From Trichoplax adhaerens (lineage: Eukaryota > Animalia > Placozoa): a stretch of 64,000 nucleotides of DNA. The stretch covers positions 2,408,866 through 2,472,865 of the forward strand of contig NW_002060952.1 of NCBI RefSeq assembly GCF_000150275.1. Direction: 5' to 3'. The position numbers and the translations under genes were made by a program. Below the pieces are notes generated by a model. It had not been told where the DNA came from and did no database searches. It saw only the letters and a list, made by a program, of their open reading frames with translations. Positions 12,011 to 25,136 of this stretch are shown one piece after another (position 1 is the stretch's first letter; every line of letters starts with the position of its first letter).

Positions 12011-12474
12011 TATAATTAGCTCAACACATCATGTTACATCATTTAATGATGTGCATGTAATGAGTGCGTCTCACAATAACTATCTTAGTCAAATGGTATT
12101 TTCTAAAAGGCTTTTATTACAAGGTTTTAGGAATAGTAGAGCAGTAATTAATTACTAGAAGAACTTAGTCTAAAATCTAAAGTATTCCGAGCTCAGAGCG
12201 AAGTGAAGTCTCTTCTCCTCTGTGAGCTCATCTGTGCAGTTCTTATAAACATTTCGTTAAATCTATTTATGGCAACTTGATTAATCTACAATCAGGCATG
12301 AGTCTTCAAACAAAATACTTTTCTCTAATAGTACATCATTATTTTCTACAATCTAAATCATTCTACTTAAGATGTCACTACCCTTATATTAACGTCTAGG
12401 CCCTTTCTTCGAAGGGTATCTTAACAACTACATTGTTTCTAGCTACATAAATCTTGTACCATAATTAGTCAACT

Positions 12475-12585
12475 CGGTATAAAGTTACTGAACCTCTGAC
12501 AGGTCTACGACAAATGGTAATACTATCTGTTAAATGAGCACATTATCGTAAACCGTCAGCAAAGTGACGGGAGTTTGTACTAGTA
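12475..12585 (+). repeat. Dispersed repeat, copy 1 (partner at 38666-38822)
   Basis: cggta.aaagttactgaacctctgaca...gtaatactatctgttaaatgagcacattatcgtaaaccgtcagcaaag..gtttg.actagta is nearly identical at both loci. Confidence 0.9.
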
Positions 12586-13044
12586 TCTATTCAAAGCAAC
12601 CTAACTATATCAAATATTGCTATCCGTATAATCAAATATGGGTGCATCACTACAGTGCAATACAGGAAACCATTCTGTAATTTTTACCAGACTCATCAAT
12701 GAGCCAATAGCAGTAGTTCGGTAAACTTACTCAATATTCATGGTTTATTCTGCAATATTAATGTTCTTTTGAACCCTTGGTCAATAGCTTAAATTTGAAA
12801 GTGAAACTGTATAATTTTTTACATTATACTCAATCGACAATAATGATTTATTGTACAGTAACTGTCTCATAATTTAGTTGCTTCTTTTGTGCCAGTATCA
12901 TTCGATTTTGATCGATTGTTGGGTAAAGAGTAAATTATCGATATTTCAATAGGATATAGCACCTGCTTAAAATTTTTACTTTGCCTGGCAAAATTGTATT
13001 ATCAAGGATAACAATTATATAGCGATACCTATTTATTGATGAAA

Positions 13045-13262
13045 ATCTACTTTCGATCAATGAATTTATTGAGCATAATCGGTTTTCTATTATTTAAAAA
13101 CCTTTTATATTGTATTGTATTAGTGTAAGATCTACTTTTGATCAATAAATTTATTGAGAGTGGCTAATTTTACATTAGTTAAAAACTTTTATACTGTATT
13201 TTTATAATATCTACTTTCGACCAATAAATCCATTGAGCGTAACTAGTTTTATATTAGTTAAA
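13045..13262. repeat. Degenerate tandem repeat of ~80-85 bp, 3 copies
   Basis: atctacttt.gatcaataaatttattgag...ttt..attagttaaa at 13045, 13130 and 13209. Confidence 0.8.
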
Positions 13263-15923
13263 TGTCTTCAACTAGTATTCTGTATCCTTGGTCAATTGTA
13301 GTGTCAGCTCTTTAAATCTAAAGACTCAGGTATAACAACTTTATTATTGGTCAAAACAGTTAATAATAGTAGAAAGTTATACAGGTAATAAATGATTTAT
13401 TAGCATTTCTCATTATTAATTGGTATGATAAAATATCACTGCTTTTTTTTCAAAAGGTAATTCTAAAACAATAGCGTCTGCATAAAAGTAATGGATACAT
13501 CTGCAGGATGGATTTGATAGTCATTATTATTCTATAAACCTTTTTCGAGCAATTAAATATTGGATAATATTCCTATTGCCTGTGTAACCTATGCAGCGAA
13601 TTATATAAGCGTACTAGCACTTCAGGAACTATTCAAATATTTAAATTAAATTAAAATCGTATTGTAATTATATTGTTAAAGTAGTCCCTAATTGTACCTA
13701 CTATCCAATTGAAATTGATCAATCTATCGTAATTATAATCGTTCTCAACGGTAATTGAATTAAAACGTACCTCTTCTCAGCTAAAATAATTGCTCTTGCG
13801 CCTCAATTTATTAACAATAATCGCCGTCAGTAGCTAATTATCTATAAGCTTGTTTATTCATTTCATCTTGATACAGTCTTTGATTCTGATCTTTGATCAT
13901 CGCTTTGTGTTGATATTGGAAACTTTTTCATGTAAGATTGCTTTCAGAACAGCATTAAAGTTAATTGAAACATTTCAGGTTGCCATTAAATATTTCTACG
14001 GAATAAAGGGCTTCTTACTTAATTAAACAATAGTATCGATTTTACTTTAAAATACCAATAATCTAAAGCAAAATTGTTATATTAAATTGATGTTAATTAA
14101 GCTATCGATCAATCTCGCACTTTTGGTCGCTGAGATGTATTAGTACTTTGATTTTCGTAATATATCGGATGAATGCCTACTGTCTATAGACATACTAGTG
14201 ATTAATAATTATTAGTTCATCACTGATGCATGATCAATCCTGAAATGCAATACCTCATCTTATCAATGACTGATCTTCTGGTTTAAAGCTCTAGTCGGGA
14301 CAAATATTGTGATATCAAATGTAAAGACCAAACATAAGGGCAATATTACGGCTCAAGAATTAGATACCCGAAACTTAATTCCAATAGTCCGTTTCCTAAG
14401 CATTTTTATTTAAATAAGACAGTTATTACAATCCATTCGACACGGCCTCCATAATTGTTAAGACAGCCCAATTACAAATGCTGTTAGGTCTATTAAGATT
14501 AAGATTCATATAGTCACATTTCTGATAGGAACAGATGTTGAACTATACACAAATCGTAATTACTTCAGTATTATTTGATTCTTTCAAATGATTTTATCAT
14601 GTCATTAACATGCACATGCTATAAAATCATTACATTTGAAGTGGCTATACCACAATATCATCGACGGCTGTAATCTAGACCTTTGTATTAAAAACTGTAC
14701 CTGGTTGTCTTTTTATCATAAGAATTTAAAATATCCTTGAACTGTAACGTATAAATATCAAGATAAAACCAAAACTTGATGACAAATCTAAAGCAATACA
14801 TAATTGTCAACTTTCTATCAACATAAGAACAATATTTTATAACAGTGACAATACATCATTCGGTAATGAACAACGGTAGTAACATCAACTTTTTACAAGA
14901 TCGAAGGATTTTCATGATATTTTAATCATACAGTAATTTACATACAAAGTTTAACCAAACGATCTTCTGCTGTTACATACGTATTACTAGAGAGTAGGAC
15001 GTTACTGTTCGTTACCGTAACTATATTTTCCCTAGTAGGTGGGTATTTAAAGCAATGATGTCAAGTTGTTCATTTGAAGATAAGCAGTGTAACTGTATCA
15101 GTAGTTGTTGCAGGTTAATAAAGAAAGTAAAATAATCGTTAATGACAGATTTTCGGTTTACATAATTTAGTAAAGTTCTTCTGTCCGTGAATTATCTTTG
15201 CTATTGGAAAAATTAAATTTTTTTAACAGTTGCAAGTATTAACAACAGCAAGATAGCTCTGAAGTAGTTCGAATTAAAAGTAATTAGGTAATGAATACAA
15301 ATATATAATAAAAGATGGCTATCACAGCTAATATGTTTAATTTGCGGTATAACGATAGAAATAATACCGCTAATTCTATGTAACAATTATCCATTCATCT
15401 GAATTGGCGATATGCCACGTAAAAATTAAAGGCTAATTCTTTAACAGGATATCATGTAAAGAATAGCTTAGTAAATCAAGCCGTATTTAGTATAACACAT
15501 TCTATTCACAAAGACCCCATATGTATATTACAAATAAAATATATACCGCTTTTCATCCGTTATAAAGCTAGATATTAACAGTGTTCTTATGGTATCGCAA
15601 CGTTATCTGATTTAGCATTGAAAATACTGTCGCGATCTTCTCAATACCATGAATTCCCTTACAAATGTATCTCCAAAATTATTCACTCATAACAGTATCA
15701 ACCACAATTCAATCCATCTTGAAACAACGTTGGAATTTCTTATCCTCTATCATTATTATTCTAAAACATTGAAAACATAATTCAACATGAGAACACATTA
15801 TAGAGAACATGATCAGTAAAGGAGTTTATCTATCATCTATTTTACTTAATAATATTGGGATTCAATAACTGTTAAAATAATTCCACACTTGTATTGATCT
15901 TATAGAAAGTATTGGATAATTAA

Positions 15924-18789
15924 TTAGTTAAAACTATAATGACAATACTCACTTTCTTCGCCACCAAATGCGGCATCAATATCTACTCCATTAACGTACG
16001 ATGAGAATAAAGCGACATCAATAGGTTCCATGCACGATGGACAATGAAAAGATCTAACTAACCAACTATCAATACATTCGACATGATATGTGTGCATGCA
16101 AGGTAAGTAGCGAATTGGGACACCAACAACAAATTCATTCATGCATATAGCACACCTATAGTATTACGTAAAAAGAAAGCATGGACATTTTAGTAAAAAC
16201 ATGGTAAGATAACATCTTATTACACCGAAGAATTTATTAATATATAAAAAGGAATATTAAGGTTACTAAATCAATATTATATTCATCGACATCATTTGAC
16301 GAAAGACAATAGAATTTATAGCCAATCTTATACTTTAATAATACATTTCTTAGTCTGTTGTTTTAGTCAAAGCTAATAAAATGATTATCTTCAATAAAAA
16401 TTTTGCTAAATGATTACCACTTCACTCCGTGAAAAGAATATTACACGAATATTGGAACTATACAATACATGTCATATTTCAATTAAATGTAAAAAGCAAT
16501 AATGTTTTGTGTACTAATACTGCAATATATAAAAAATGTTGCACCACTGTATAAATCTCTAAAATCTCTAAAACTCTAAAATACAACTGTTAATCGTATA
16601 TGTAGGCTCTTGTTCGCTTCTTAATAATATTGAACTATTGTGTTTTATCTTCCGATTATAACAAAATATCTTATTTATTGGTACAGTACTTACAGACAGA
16701 TTTAAAAACTCTTCTAGTATGAGTTATGTTTTTCTAACATACGTATAGCAACTGTCAAAAATCTCATCTAATCCTCTATGTAAAAAATTGGGTCGAATGT
16801 TAACGCGTAGGATTAGCAAGCACCCTTCTTGTTTCGGTTTATTCTAAAGTCTCTCTACAATATACCATAGCCATTAGAGTTAATAATTATAAGTGCCGAC
16901 ATAAACCATTTGATTCGTCGTTATTGGCTTACGATCAATTGCATACTCGGAAGGAAAATCTATTACTTGCTGATACTAACAAGCATTATAATACAGTGTG
17001 CTTAAAAAACTAGGCTACTACTGATGCGTATCAACTAATGTTAAAATCGAAGTGACACTTAAAAATAGAATACGATCGTTGCACAAATATTTTTTACGAC
17101 ATCAAAAAGAGAATAATTATGTTTTTAATAGCTGTAAGGTTGTTTACAGCTATGACATTACGAATTGCAACGCGAGTAGTAGCATTTAAGTCGTCCCTTT
17201 AAAGTAGAACAGTACACAGTACGTACAGTAGTAGTAGTAATAATATAATCTTCTGAATAGGGAATAATACAGTGCAGTTATAGAAGGACTCATTAACAAG
17301 TTAAAAAAAGGACGCTATTAATTAAATAAGATTTGTTAGCTATTTTGAGTTAAGCAAGCGACTTGGCTCCTGAATTAAAAAATTTCAGTATGGATAGTAT
17401 TTATCCCCACTCATATTATTATTATTTCTATTTTCTATCAGAAAACATGTAATATTTTACATAGATCGCAGATTCATTTTACATTATTTTAAATTAGCAT
17501 GGCACTCTCCCGACAGATTCAGTAGCAAACATTTTCTTAATTATTGCTAGGAAAGGGTTTATTACAAGTCGATCGCATATGTTCGCTACGTTACGATTGC
17601 TATGATTCGTTTTAAATTAATTAATAGTACATTTTACTCTTTACCAATGCCGATTTCCAGGTTGTGAGCGATCTTGCACAATTTAATGGTAAACTGCGGT
17701 AATTGTGCAATCCGAAATTCACTTTATACTGCACCTAGGCTTAACGCTACTTTATAAAAATGACTCTGGTACAGTGCGAAATAGCAATAGGTGGAAATCA
17801 AATATAAATTAAACGCAGGCGAAATAAATTCGCTTGGAAAGCTGACTACTATGGTAAGTGAGTCGGTGTAGTAATTAACAAGCTCTGTAATTCGTTAAAA
17901 TACAGTATGTATAAGACCAAATTTACGATACTATTTGTTCGTTACGAGGACAAAATGGAAATTTACAAAAGTTTAACGACTACTCGTATGTTAACCGATC
18001 TACCTCAGTTGTATGTATTCAATATTAAAACTTTATCTGCTTAATCAGCCTTAAAAAAGAAAAAAAAGTCCCCAATACTAAAGTATCAAAATTACTGAAA
18101 GAAAAATATACGCGTATATTCCGTTTTACGGGGAGACGCTCGAAATGAAAAAATATCTATATAATAATGTATAGTACATTTATTGCATGGGTGAAAATTT
18201 ATCGCACCTCCATTTTTTAATTAATTGATCCTCATAGTGTGCTGTAGTTTACGCATGATATATTAAGGTAACAAGACGCTATAATATTTCTGATTGCACT
18301 GTTACGTAATAATTCCATAGGAAAATGAAAAAGGAATGTACAATAAAGCAAATTACGACCTTATTTCCCAATCTATTCAATTTAATTTATAACGTATGGT
18401 GTTCAATTTAGTATTTCATACACATATCTGTCTCTGAGTTTAAATGTTGATAACATCGCGTACAGTGCTGTACTGTTACTACTGTACTTTGTCGAATTTG
18501 TATATTAATTTTAGGGAGAGCTAGATGGTAGAGATGATAAAGCTAAATGATCGAACAGCGTTCCGATGCACGAAAGAATTACTACACAGTACAGTACAGT
18601 ACAATACTGTATTGCTGTATGATGATTAACAATTGAGATTATCTCATTTTTTAAAGTTTACTTACTCGTTTAGTTTTTCAGATTTATGTCCTTCGTAGGT
18701 GCCGATAGGCAAATGATCAATCATAGCCAGGCGTTGCATTAATTTCGATTGCTGCGCCTCGGAACAATGCTGTTGTTGTTGCGTTTGTT

Positions 18790-18820
<31 letters not shown>

Positions 18821-20332
18821 GGGAGAATCTGCTTCGAAAGGAGACGATGAAACGGGAATGAAAGGTAATCTCTCCTAAAATTTCAATCATGAAGGATATG
18901 CTGTTATTGACCATTATCATTCGTGTCATAAAATAAACCAATATATAAATAATCATAACATCTGTGAGAAAACGAAAAACGACCAGCAAGTAAGGCCAAT
19001 GGACGTTTGTGCAGTAACTCTTAGTATTACGCTCTGACGTACTAGACAGTATACTAAACAACTTCGTTTAGTAAGAGAACACAGTAAAGTACAATAATTA
19101 ATTAATAAATATAAAATACTTCAGTAGTGTTTTCTTCTAACACCCTGGTATATTATTACAGTAATATACGCGTAGAAAAGATCAAAAAGAGCATATCATC
19201 ATACTCAAACTTTAAAGGAATAGACGCCTACAAGAATTAGTCAAGACTGAGAGATGATGCCGATTGAACATATATTTTTTGACTATTTCATTTTTTATTA
19301 ATCGATGGCCTGCATTAATGTACCGTCTTGTGGACTCTTTGTATCACCGCTTGCTATTTTTTATTCATCATCACAGACAATAGCCTAGTGTTTGGATACT
19401 ACAATGACTGAAGTACGCGAAAATGCTATTTGATCTGACTGGCTATTACATCTATTTCGTGTTCAAAACTGATTCAATTGCGAACAAGAAATGGCCAAGG
19501 CAAGGCAGGATTTGATGACAAGTCGATAGCGATTCTCTGTAGAATTATTATTATTAATATTGTACGTCAAGTATTTGAGCAAAAATATTATCGGCACTGC
19601 TTTAATGCTGTATCGAACAGGTTATCTCAATAATGATATGCTGTCGTTCCGTACAGTATTACGATTAATCTTCGATGTGCTCGTATGGATAATTCAAAGT
19701 CATTCTTCTAATAAATGAAATATTTCCGGAAAAAAAAAAAATGATTCACCGAAAATCGTCAGTTGCAATTAGTAATGTAAAATTATAGACTTGCGACTAG
19801 AAATGGGCAAATGATAGATTCAAGCCAGCCAATTCAATTCGTTGAAGGAAATTGAATGTAATTATATTGATACCGTAATTATAAGACAGGGGGGATCATA
19901 AAGCATTAACTCAACTTTAACTAAACGTAGCACAAATGATGTGGATGCTAGAATTTCAATCTGAATTGCTAAGCTATTGAACGAGGTAGTTTAATCGAGT
20001 AGCGCACAATAAGGTAGCAATAAAAAAGCATCAAGGAGATTTCACTGACAATCCATATTGAAGTATTGAAGAATCAACGTTGGGAAGAAGATGAACTTTT
20101 GCCATCATCAAATCCAGTGAACTTGTTCCCCACAAAACTCTCAACACATATTGTATAGCACTGTGAAACTATGGTAACTTGGATCAAAATGATAGAAATG
20201 AATTTATTCCTTCGAAATCAAAAATGGGGAAGTTCAACTCACTTCATAAGGTGGTGGTGGCTCATGATGTTCATAATCTTCGGCTAATAATTCATTACTA
20301 AAATCACTTCGACGACCAAGGCAGCTTCCCAT
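15924..20332 (-). CDS. RNF11: RING finger protein 11 (RING-H2 E3 adaptor); exons 20332-20243, 18874-18666, 16155-15924; 176 aa
   Basis: Exon 1 MGSCLGRRSDFSNELLAEDYEHHEPPPPYE has the Gly2/Cys4 acylation pattern and the PPxY motif. Exon 2 encodes ...QRLAMIDHLPIGTY... Exon 3 encodes CAICMNEFVVGVPIRYLPCMHTYHVECIDSWLVRSFHCPSCMEPID (RING-H2). Donors are GTGAGT and GTAAGT, with phases 0 and 2. Confidence 0.93.
18770..18817 (-). repeat. (CAA)n microsatellite encoding a polyglutamine tract in RNF11 exon 2
   Basis: The plus strand reads (tgt/ttg)n. The in-frame translation is QQQQQQQQPQQTQQQQ. Confidence 0.9.
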
Positions 20333-21989
20333 TTTCGCTGAGTAATTCGAGTTGAAGAAAGCTTGAAGGCAAGTCTTGACAGTAATACAAGTCAAAAGGA
20401 TTACAATACAAAGTAATAGGAAGGGAAGAAATCAATGGAATAATCCACCCGTTGAACGTTTCGTCTGCAGTATTCAAAGTACAATTTTGTCGTCGTCCAA
20501 CAAAGTCTTGTTTTCCCGTCGAGGTTGTGATAATTTTGGGCAAAAGCAGTACGTTTATGATCAGTCTTGCTTGTTTACACTACACAGTTTGCGGAATGAT
20601 GGTGGCTAATCAATATTCTACTCGTCGACAATATTTTCAAGAGTTTAATAGCGCTTAAAGACCAATTCCAATCAACTTGAAATTGGAGAAGAAGACTTTT
20701 CAACCAACGTCGTCGTTATCAGTAGTAGAGTTGACACTCCAGAATTGGTGTAATATCGGCTAGTACGTGGTTCTAAAAGAGGTCACTTGTCGTCAATGTC
20801 TAACGTGACTACGATAGACAGGGTACCTACTGGTTCAGCTGGTCTAGTCAAAAGATACCGTAACGTTTTTATTTCGACGAAAAGGCTACAATTCAATCAA
20901 GTACAGTCATTGACTGCATCAAAGTGGCGCTACGAAACAGAATTCAGTTTTAAATGATACCAATACAGTACAAGCTTAGCCTAATTTCAACATCAAAAAT
21001 AATTTCTTCAATATCAATGGAAAAAATCCACGGTAAAATGAGTCAATCAAGGTGGTCAAAGTGGAAAAGAGAGAGAAAAAAAAAATGACTTTATCTAAAT
21101 CGATGTCGTGATCGTATTGGTGTGTTGCTGCGATTGACGGCCTATAAATACACTCAGTGGATGAATGATTGACGGTACAGTACGCATCAGTCGTCTACTG
21201 CAGTTCTTTGAACTTATTTCATAATATTGACACCTATCGATTGATGGATGGACCGCGCAGAATCATAACTGGTCGAATGAAAATTGTTTTTGTTCTATTT
21301 CTGCGTCGAGCGAAGTTTACTTTCTTGGCTGATACATAGTATCAATCACAATCGGCTGAGCAGGACAGTAGACTGCCGCTAGTCACCCCTTTCGGTCATG
21401 TTTTTGTTTTTGTTGATTTTATTTTATTTTTAGAGCTAAAGAAGATGAAGCAATCCTTTCATAAAAAGCTTTGGATTATACTATGCATGACATACAATGC
21501 ATTAGCATGTCCGATACCTTTCAGTAAAAGCCTTGAATAGCTGTAAGTACAGTACATTACTCTGCAAGAGTCTATAGTAAGAGTACAACCAATTGAATCA
21601 AGCAAATGATGGTCTAAATTGAATCCATTCATCACATTTCAATGGCAGTATTTCAAGTCCCTCGAGAAAGAAAAAATTCCAGTGTACATTTTTGTGTTCC
21701 ACTTTGTCAGCATTAAAACAGCAGATCAACTTGCTTCCATTTACAGCAATAATTATGCTATGTTTTGAGACAAATTATAACTATCAAAACATCCATCGAT
21801 CAGTCATGTTATGCTACCAAATGGTACGAAAAAGCTCCTGCCATATTAATACTGAGCATTGAGTCAAAAAGAAGCCCTGACCCATCCTACACTGCAACAG
21901 TACAATCCATGACTAGCTAGTCTATTAAACAGCAGTACTGTATGAACACTAGAGCAGCTATTGTACAGTACCGTATTTGCGTGCCAAAC

Positions 21990-22180
21990 CAACAGACTGA
22001 GCCGTGACGTCAAAGTTGGGCAATCCCCTTTTGGGTAATGTACCGTTACGAAACGGAACGTATCCAGACTGAACAGCGCAGTACGCATGCGGCTGCTTCA
22101 TGCCTGAATGGCCTGATCGGCTGCGGTTTACCGGAAACAGGACAGTATCATCGACTGACGTCATCGCCGTGGATTTTTCC
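21990..22180. promoter_or_regulatory. GC-enriched putative promoter/enhancer with two perfect CRE palindromes
   Basis: TGACGTCA at 22005-22012 and 22156-22163, an NRF1-like ACGCATGCG near 22083 and an ETS-like ACCGGAAA near 22130. It lies about 1.7 kb upstream of the RNF11 ATG. Confidence 0.45.
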
Positions 22181-25136
22181 ATCCATCCAACAACAATGGT
22201 GCCGTAAATAGAAGCGAGAAGACAAAAACATGCATTGACTTGGAAAGTAAAATAAGGCCTGCAAAAGGCTAAATTTGAAGGCTAAAATGAATGCAGAATA
22301 ATCTTTGCATGATCTATTTTAGTCTTGTGCTGTATACATAGAGTTAAGCCCGATTAGAGACGATATACAGTTGCACAACGTCGACTTCCAACGCGAGTAC
22401 TGTATATATGTACACTGTACAGTAAAGTGTGCATACACTTGTACACTCACTCAAATGTACAGAAACATTCGTCATTTGAGTACAGTCATAAATCGAATTT
22501 ACGCTAGTCAATATCCAATACCGCAGTTTAGTTAGTATTTCGATAGAGACTGAGAAAATGGCTATGATTAGTATAGAAGATCCTCATTTATCGGCCATCT
22601 TCTAAGCCAATAGCGGCCCAGACCACTCTGGAAAGCGACGATCGATCGATCTGTAACCAATTGCTGGAACCTATACATGCCATACTCTATGTACATTGTA
22701 CAGTATACCCGCATGTATTCATGGATAAATGTAAAATAGTAGACAATATTTAGGAAATCAGATGTCACCCCGTAGAAGTTATACATAGATGAGTGTATCT
22801 TGCTATATTGTAAACTGTTAATTTAATATTTGCAAAATAAAAGACGCCAGATTTAGCGTCTATTTCCAATGGGATTGATCTAATGTCCGTGTGCAGTCTT
22901 CTATATAGAACAATATTGTATTGAGATGGCAGTATTGGACATTGTACAGTAATATTGTTTATATACCCATATATGGACAAAAAACACTAGTGCATTAAGC
23001 ATTTCTACAAATCTCTAATGCATAAAAGATATTGCATGTCTCAGAATTCCTCAACTATCACCCATGTAGACATGCATGTATTGCAATATGATAAAATTAG
23101 TTGAATACTGTCGGTAGGATTGTCTTACATGCCATACTAAGGATGCATGTAACTCAATTTATACAATTCACTTTCATCTGTTTTTCCAAATTATTCTTTA
23201 TTTGGCTTGTATTCTTCAGTTCTAGCACAAACATTATTTGCGTTCTGCTTGAACTGATAGATATAAATCTTTTATCGAGGAAATATGTAATACATGCACC
23301 TGCATACTTCCTATTGTCAACTTGTGGCTAGACTTTAAGGTACCGTATATTTAAATTATCATCATAGTTAAACTCATCCAATGAAATGTACAGTAGTCTT
23401 CGTTCCATTAATAGTTAATAAACGAGGTAAGTAGTCTGTTGTTTATTCTCTATCCGAAGCTAGCCAATATAGCCATTTAGAATATGTGTGCATGACGTAA
23501 ATCAATTCAAACTAAACATCAAGTTATAATTTTAGCAATAAATCATAGTTTTTAGTATTTTCTCAGACAGTTCCTTTTTCTAGGCTTGAATAAATTTTCC
23601 TGGCAATATCGTAATTTTAGTCCAATAATAAAGATTGAATGAATTATACATGAAGCAGTAATTTCCAATTTATAATTTCTAAGTAAACTATTTTCTATAA
23701 TTGCAATCATGGGATATGATACTTCAATTATTAAAGTTCTACTTTGGAGCAGAAACATACCAACTGGATAAGATAAAATCGGTAATCATTTACATATCTA
23801 TTTTAATGTTCTATATGCACAAGATTATTATATATATACAAACTTTAAGACTTACTCCATGGGTGAATAAGAACAGTCTAGTTCACCATAAATAATCACA
23901 ACATATAGTATAAAGCTAAGAATTTTACACTTACGATGCACTATAAACTTTCAATGGATAATTAAGTTGTGTCGTTTCACTGAATAATTTTGGCGATTGT
24001 ATTATGTAGGAGAAGAAAAGTATCACTCAATCTATTTTCATAGCTACATTTATGATCTTTTCACTTGTGCCTATAGAAAGTATTTATAGAGTATTTATTC
24101 ATGGATAATATTTATTTTTAAATTTAGCTTTTATCTAAGTAAACACTTTACGTACAGTACTAAAAACTGTACACACTTTGAAGAATATGATTGAAATTAG
24201 GCGTAGAAGGAAGTTATCACCGCTAAAACGGATCGATGTATGCGTTTTAGTTGGTCCATTAATTAATGATTTTAGTAAGTTGTTCGTTAAAAGTGACATT
24301 TTCCGTATAAGATAAGATGATTGGCAATAATGTTGATTTTCTACGATTTGTGGATCATTGTAATTGCTGGATGATGTTGATCACATCAAAATTTCCAGCA
24401 CCTGAGTGTAAGGATTTTACGAGTATTATCTGTAACCGGCAAATACTGAGCTTACCCTCTTCACAGTACTACTTTTAGCTGCAAAATAATTTTCAAATAG
24501 ACTTGCGAATATTCTTAGCTTGTATGCACTGTATTATTCATTCTCTTATAATTGCACCTCACGCACTATAGGCCGAAATTTTGATTAATCATGTCTTCTC
24601 CATGCTAATGAAAAGCTAGCTAACATGAAGTGTTCAAGGTTAGAATAATACAAATAATGTCGTCTTTGTCTGCTCCTTTGATATTTCCTTTATATACTGT
24701 ATCAATATTAAATCTAATCGCATTATAGATCAATGTGCAGCTATCAAGAAACTCGTATCATGTTATACAATTGGTATTAGTTTACCAAATGTTCTCACCA
24801 TAGAACAAGTAGTACAGTATATCATTGGCATAATGTAGCCTTAATGCAGCGTAAAATCGATTGTTTTATTAAAGCTATAATGAATTTTCTTAAATATATG
24901 GTAATAAGAGTATACGTTCACAGCACTTACAGCATTATATTCCATTGTCGCAAATACAATAATACAGTAGTTCTTTCTTCAATCTGTAGCAGTGCAAAGA
25001 TGCATTTTAAAAAGTCAAATAAATATCGCGATAACTAGCAATCGTATATTTAAGGAAATACACAGTTATTGCTTTATTAAAATGTAATTAAAGGTATAGC
25101 TATATAACAACGTTAAGAAATCTCTCGTTTAGCAAA

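Noticed and set aside
18717-19061. ORF with a poly-Thr tract
   Set aside because: It is an off-frame reading of RNF11 exon 2, where the true frame is polyQ, plus intron sequence.
22568-24000. Short minus-strand ORFs and exon-like segments between RNF11 and ZDHHC
   Set aside because: I could not assemble a phase-consistent gene or recognise a protein family.
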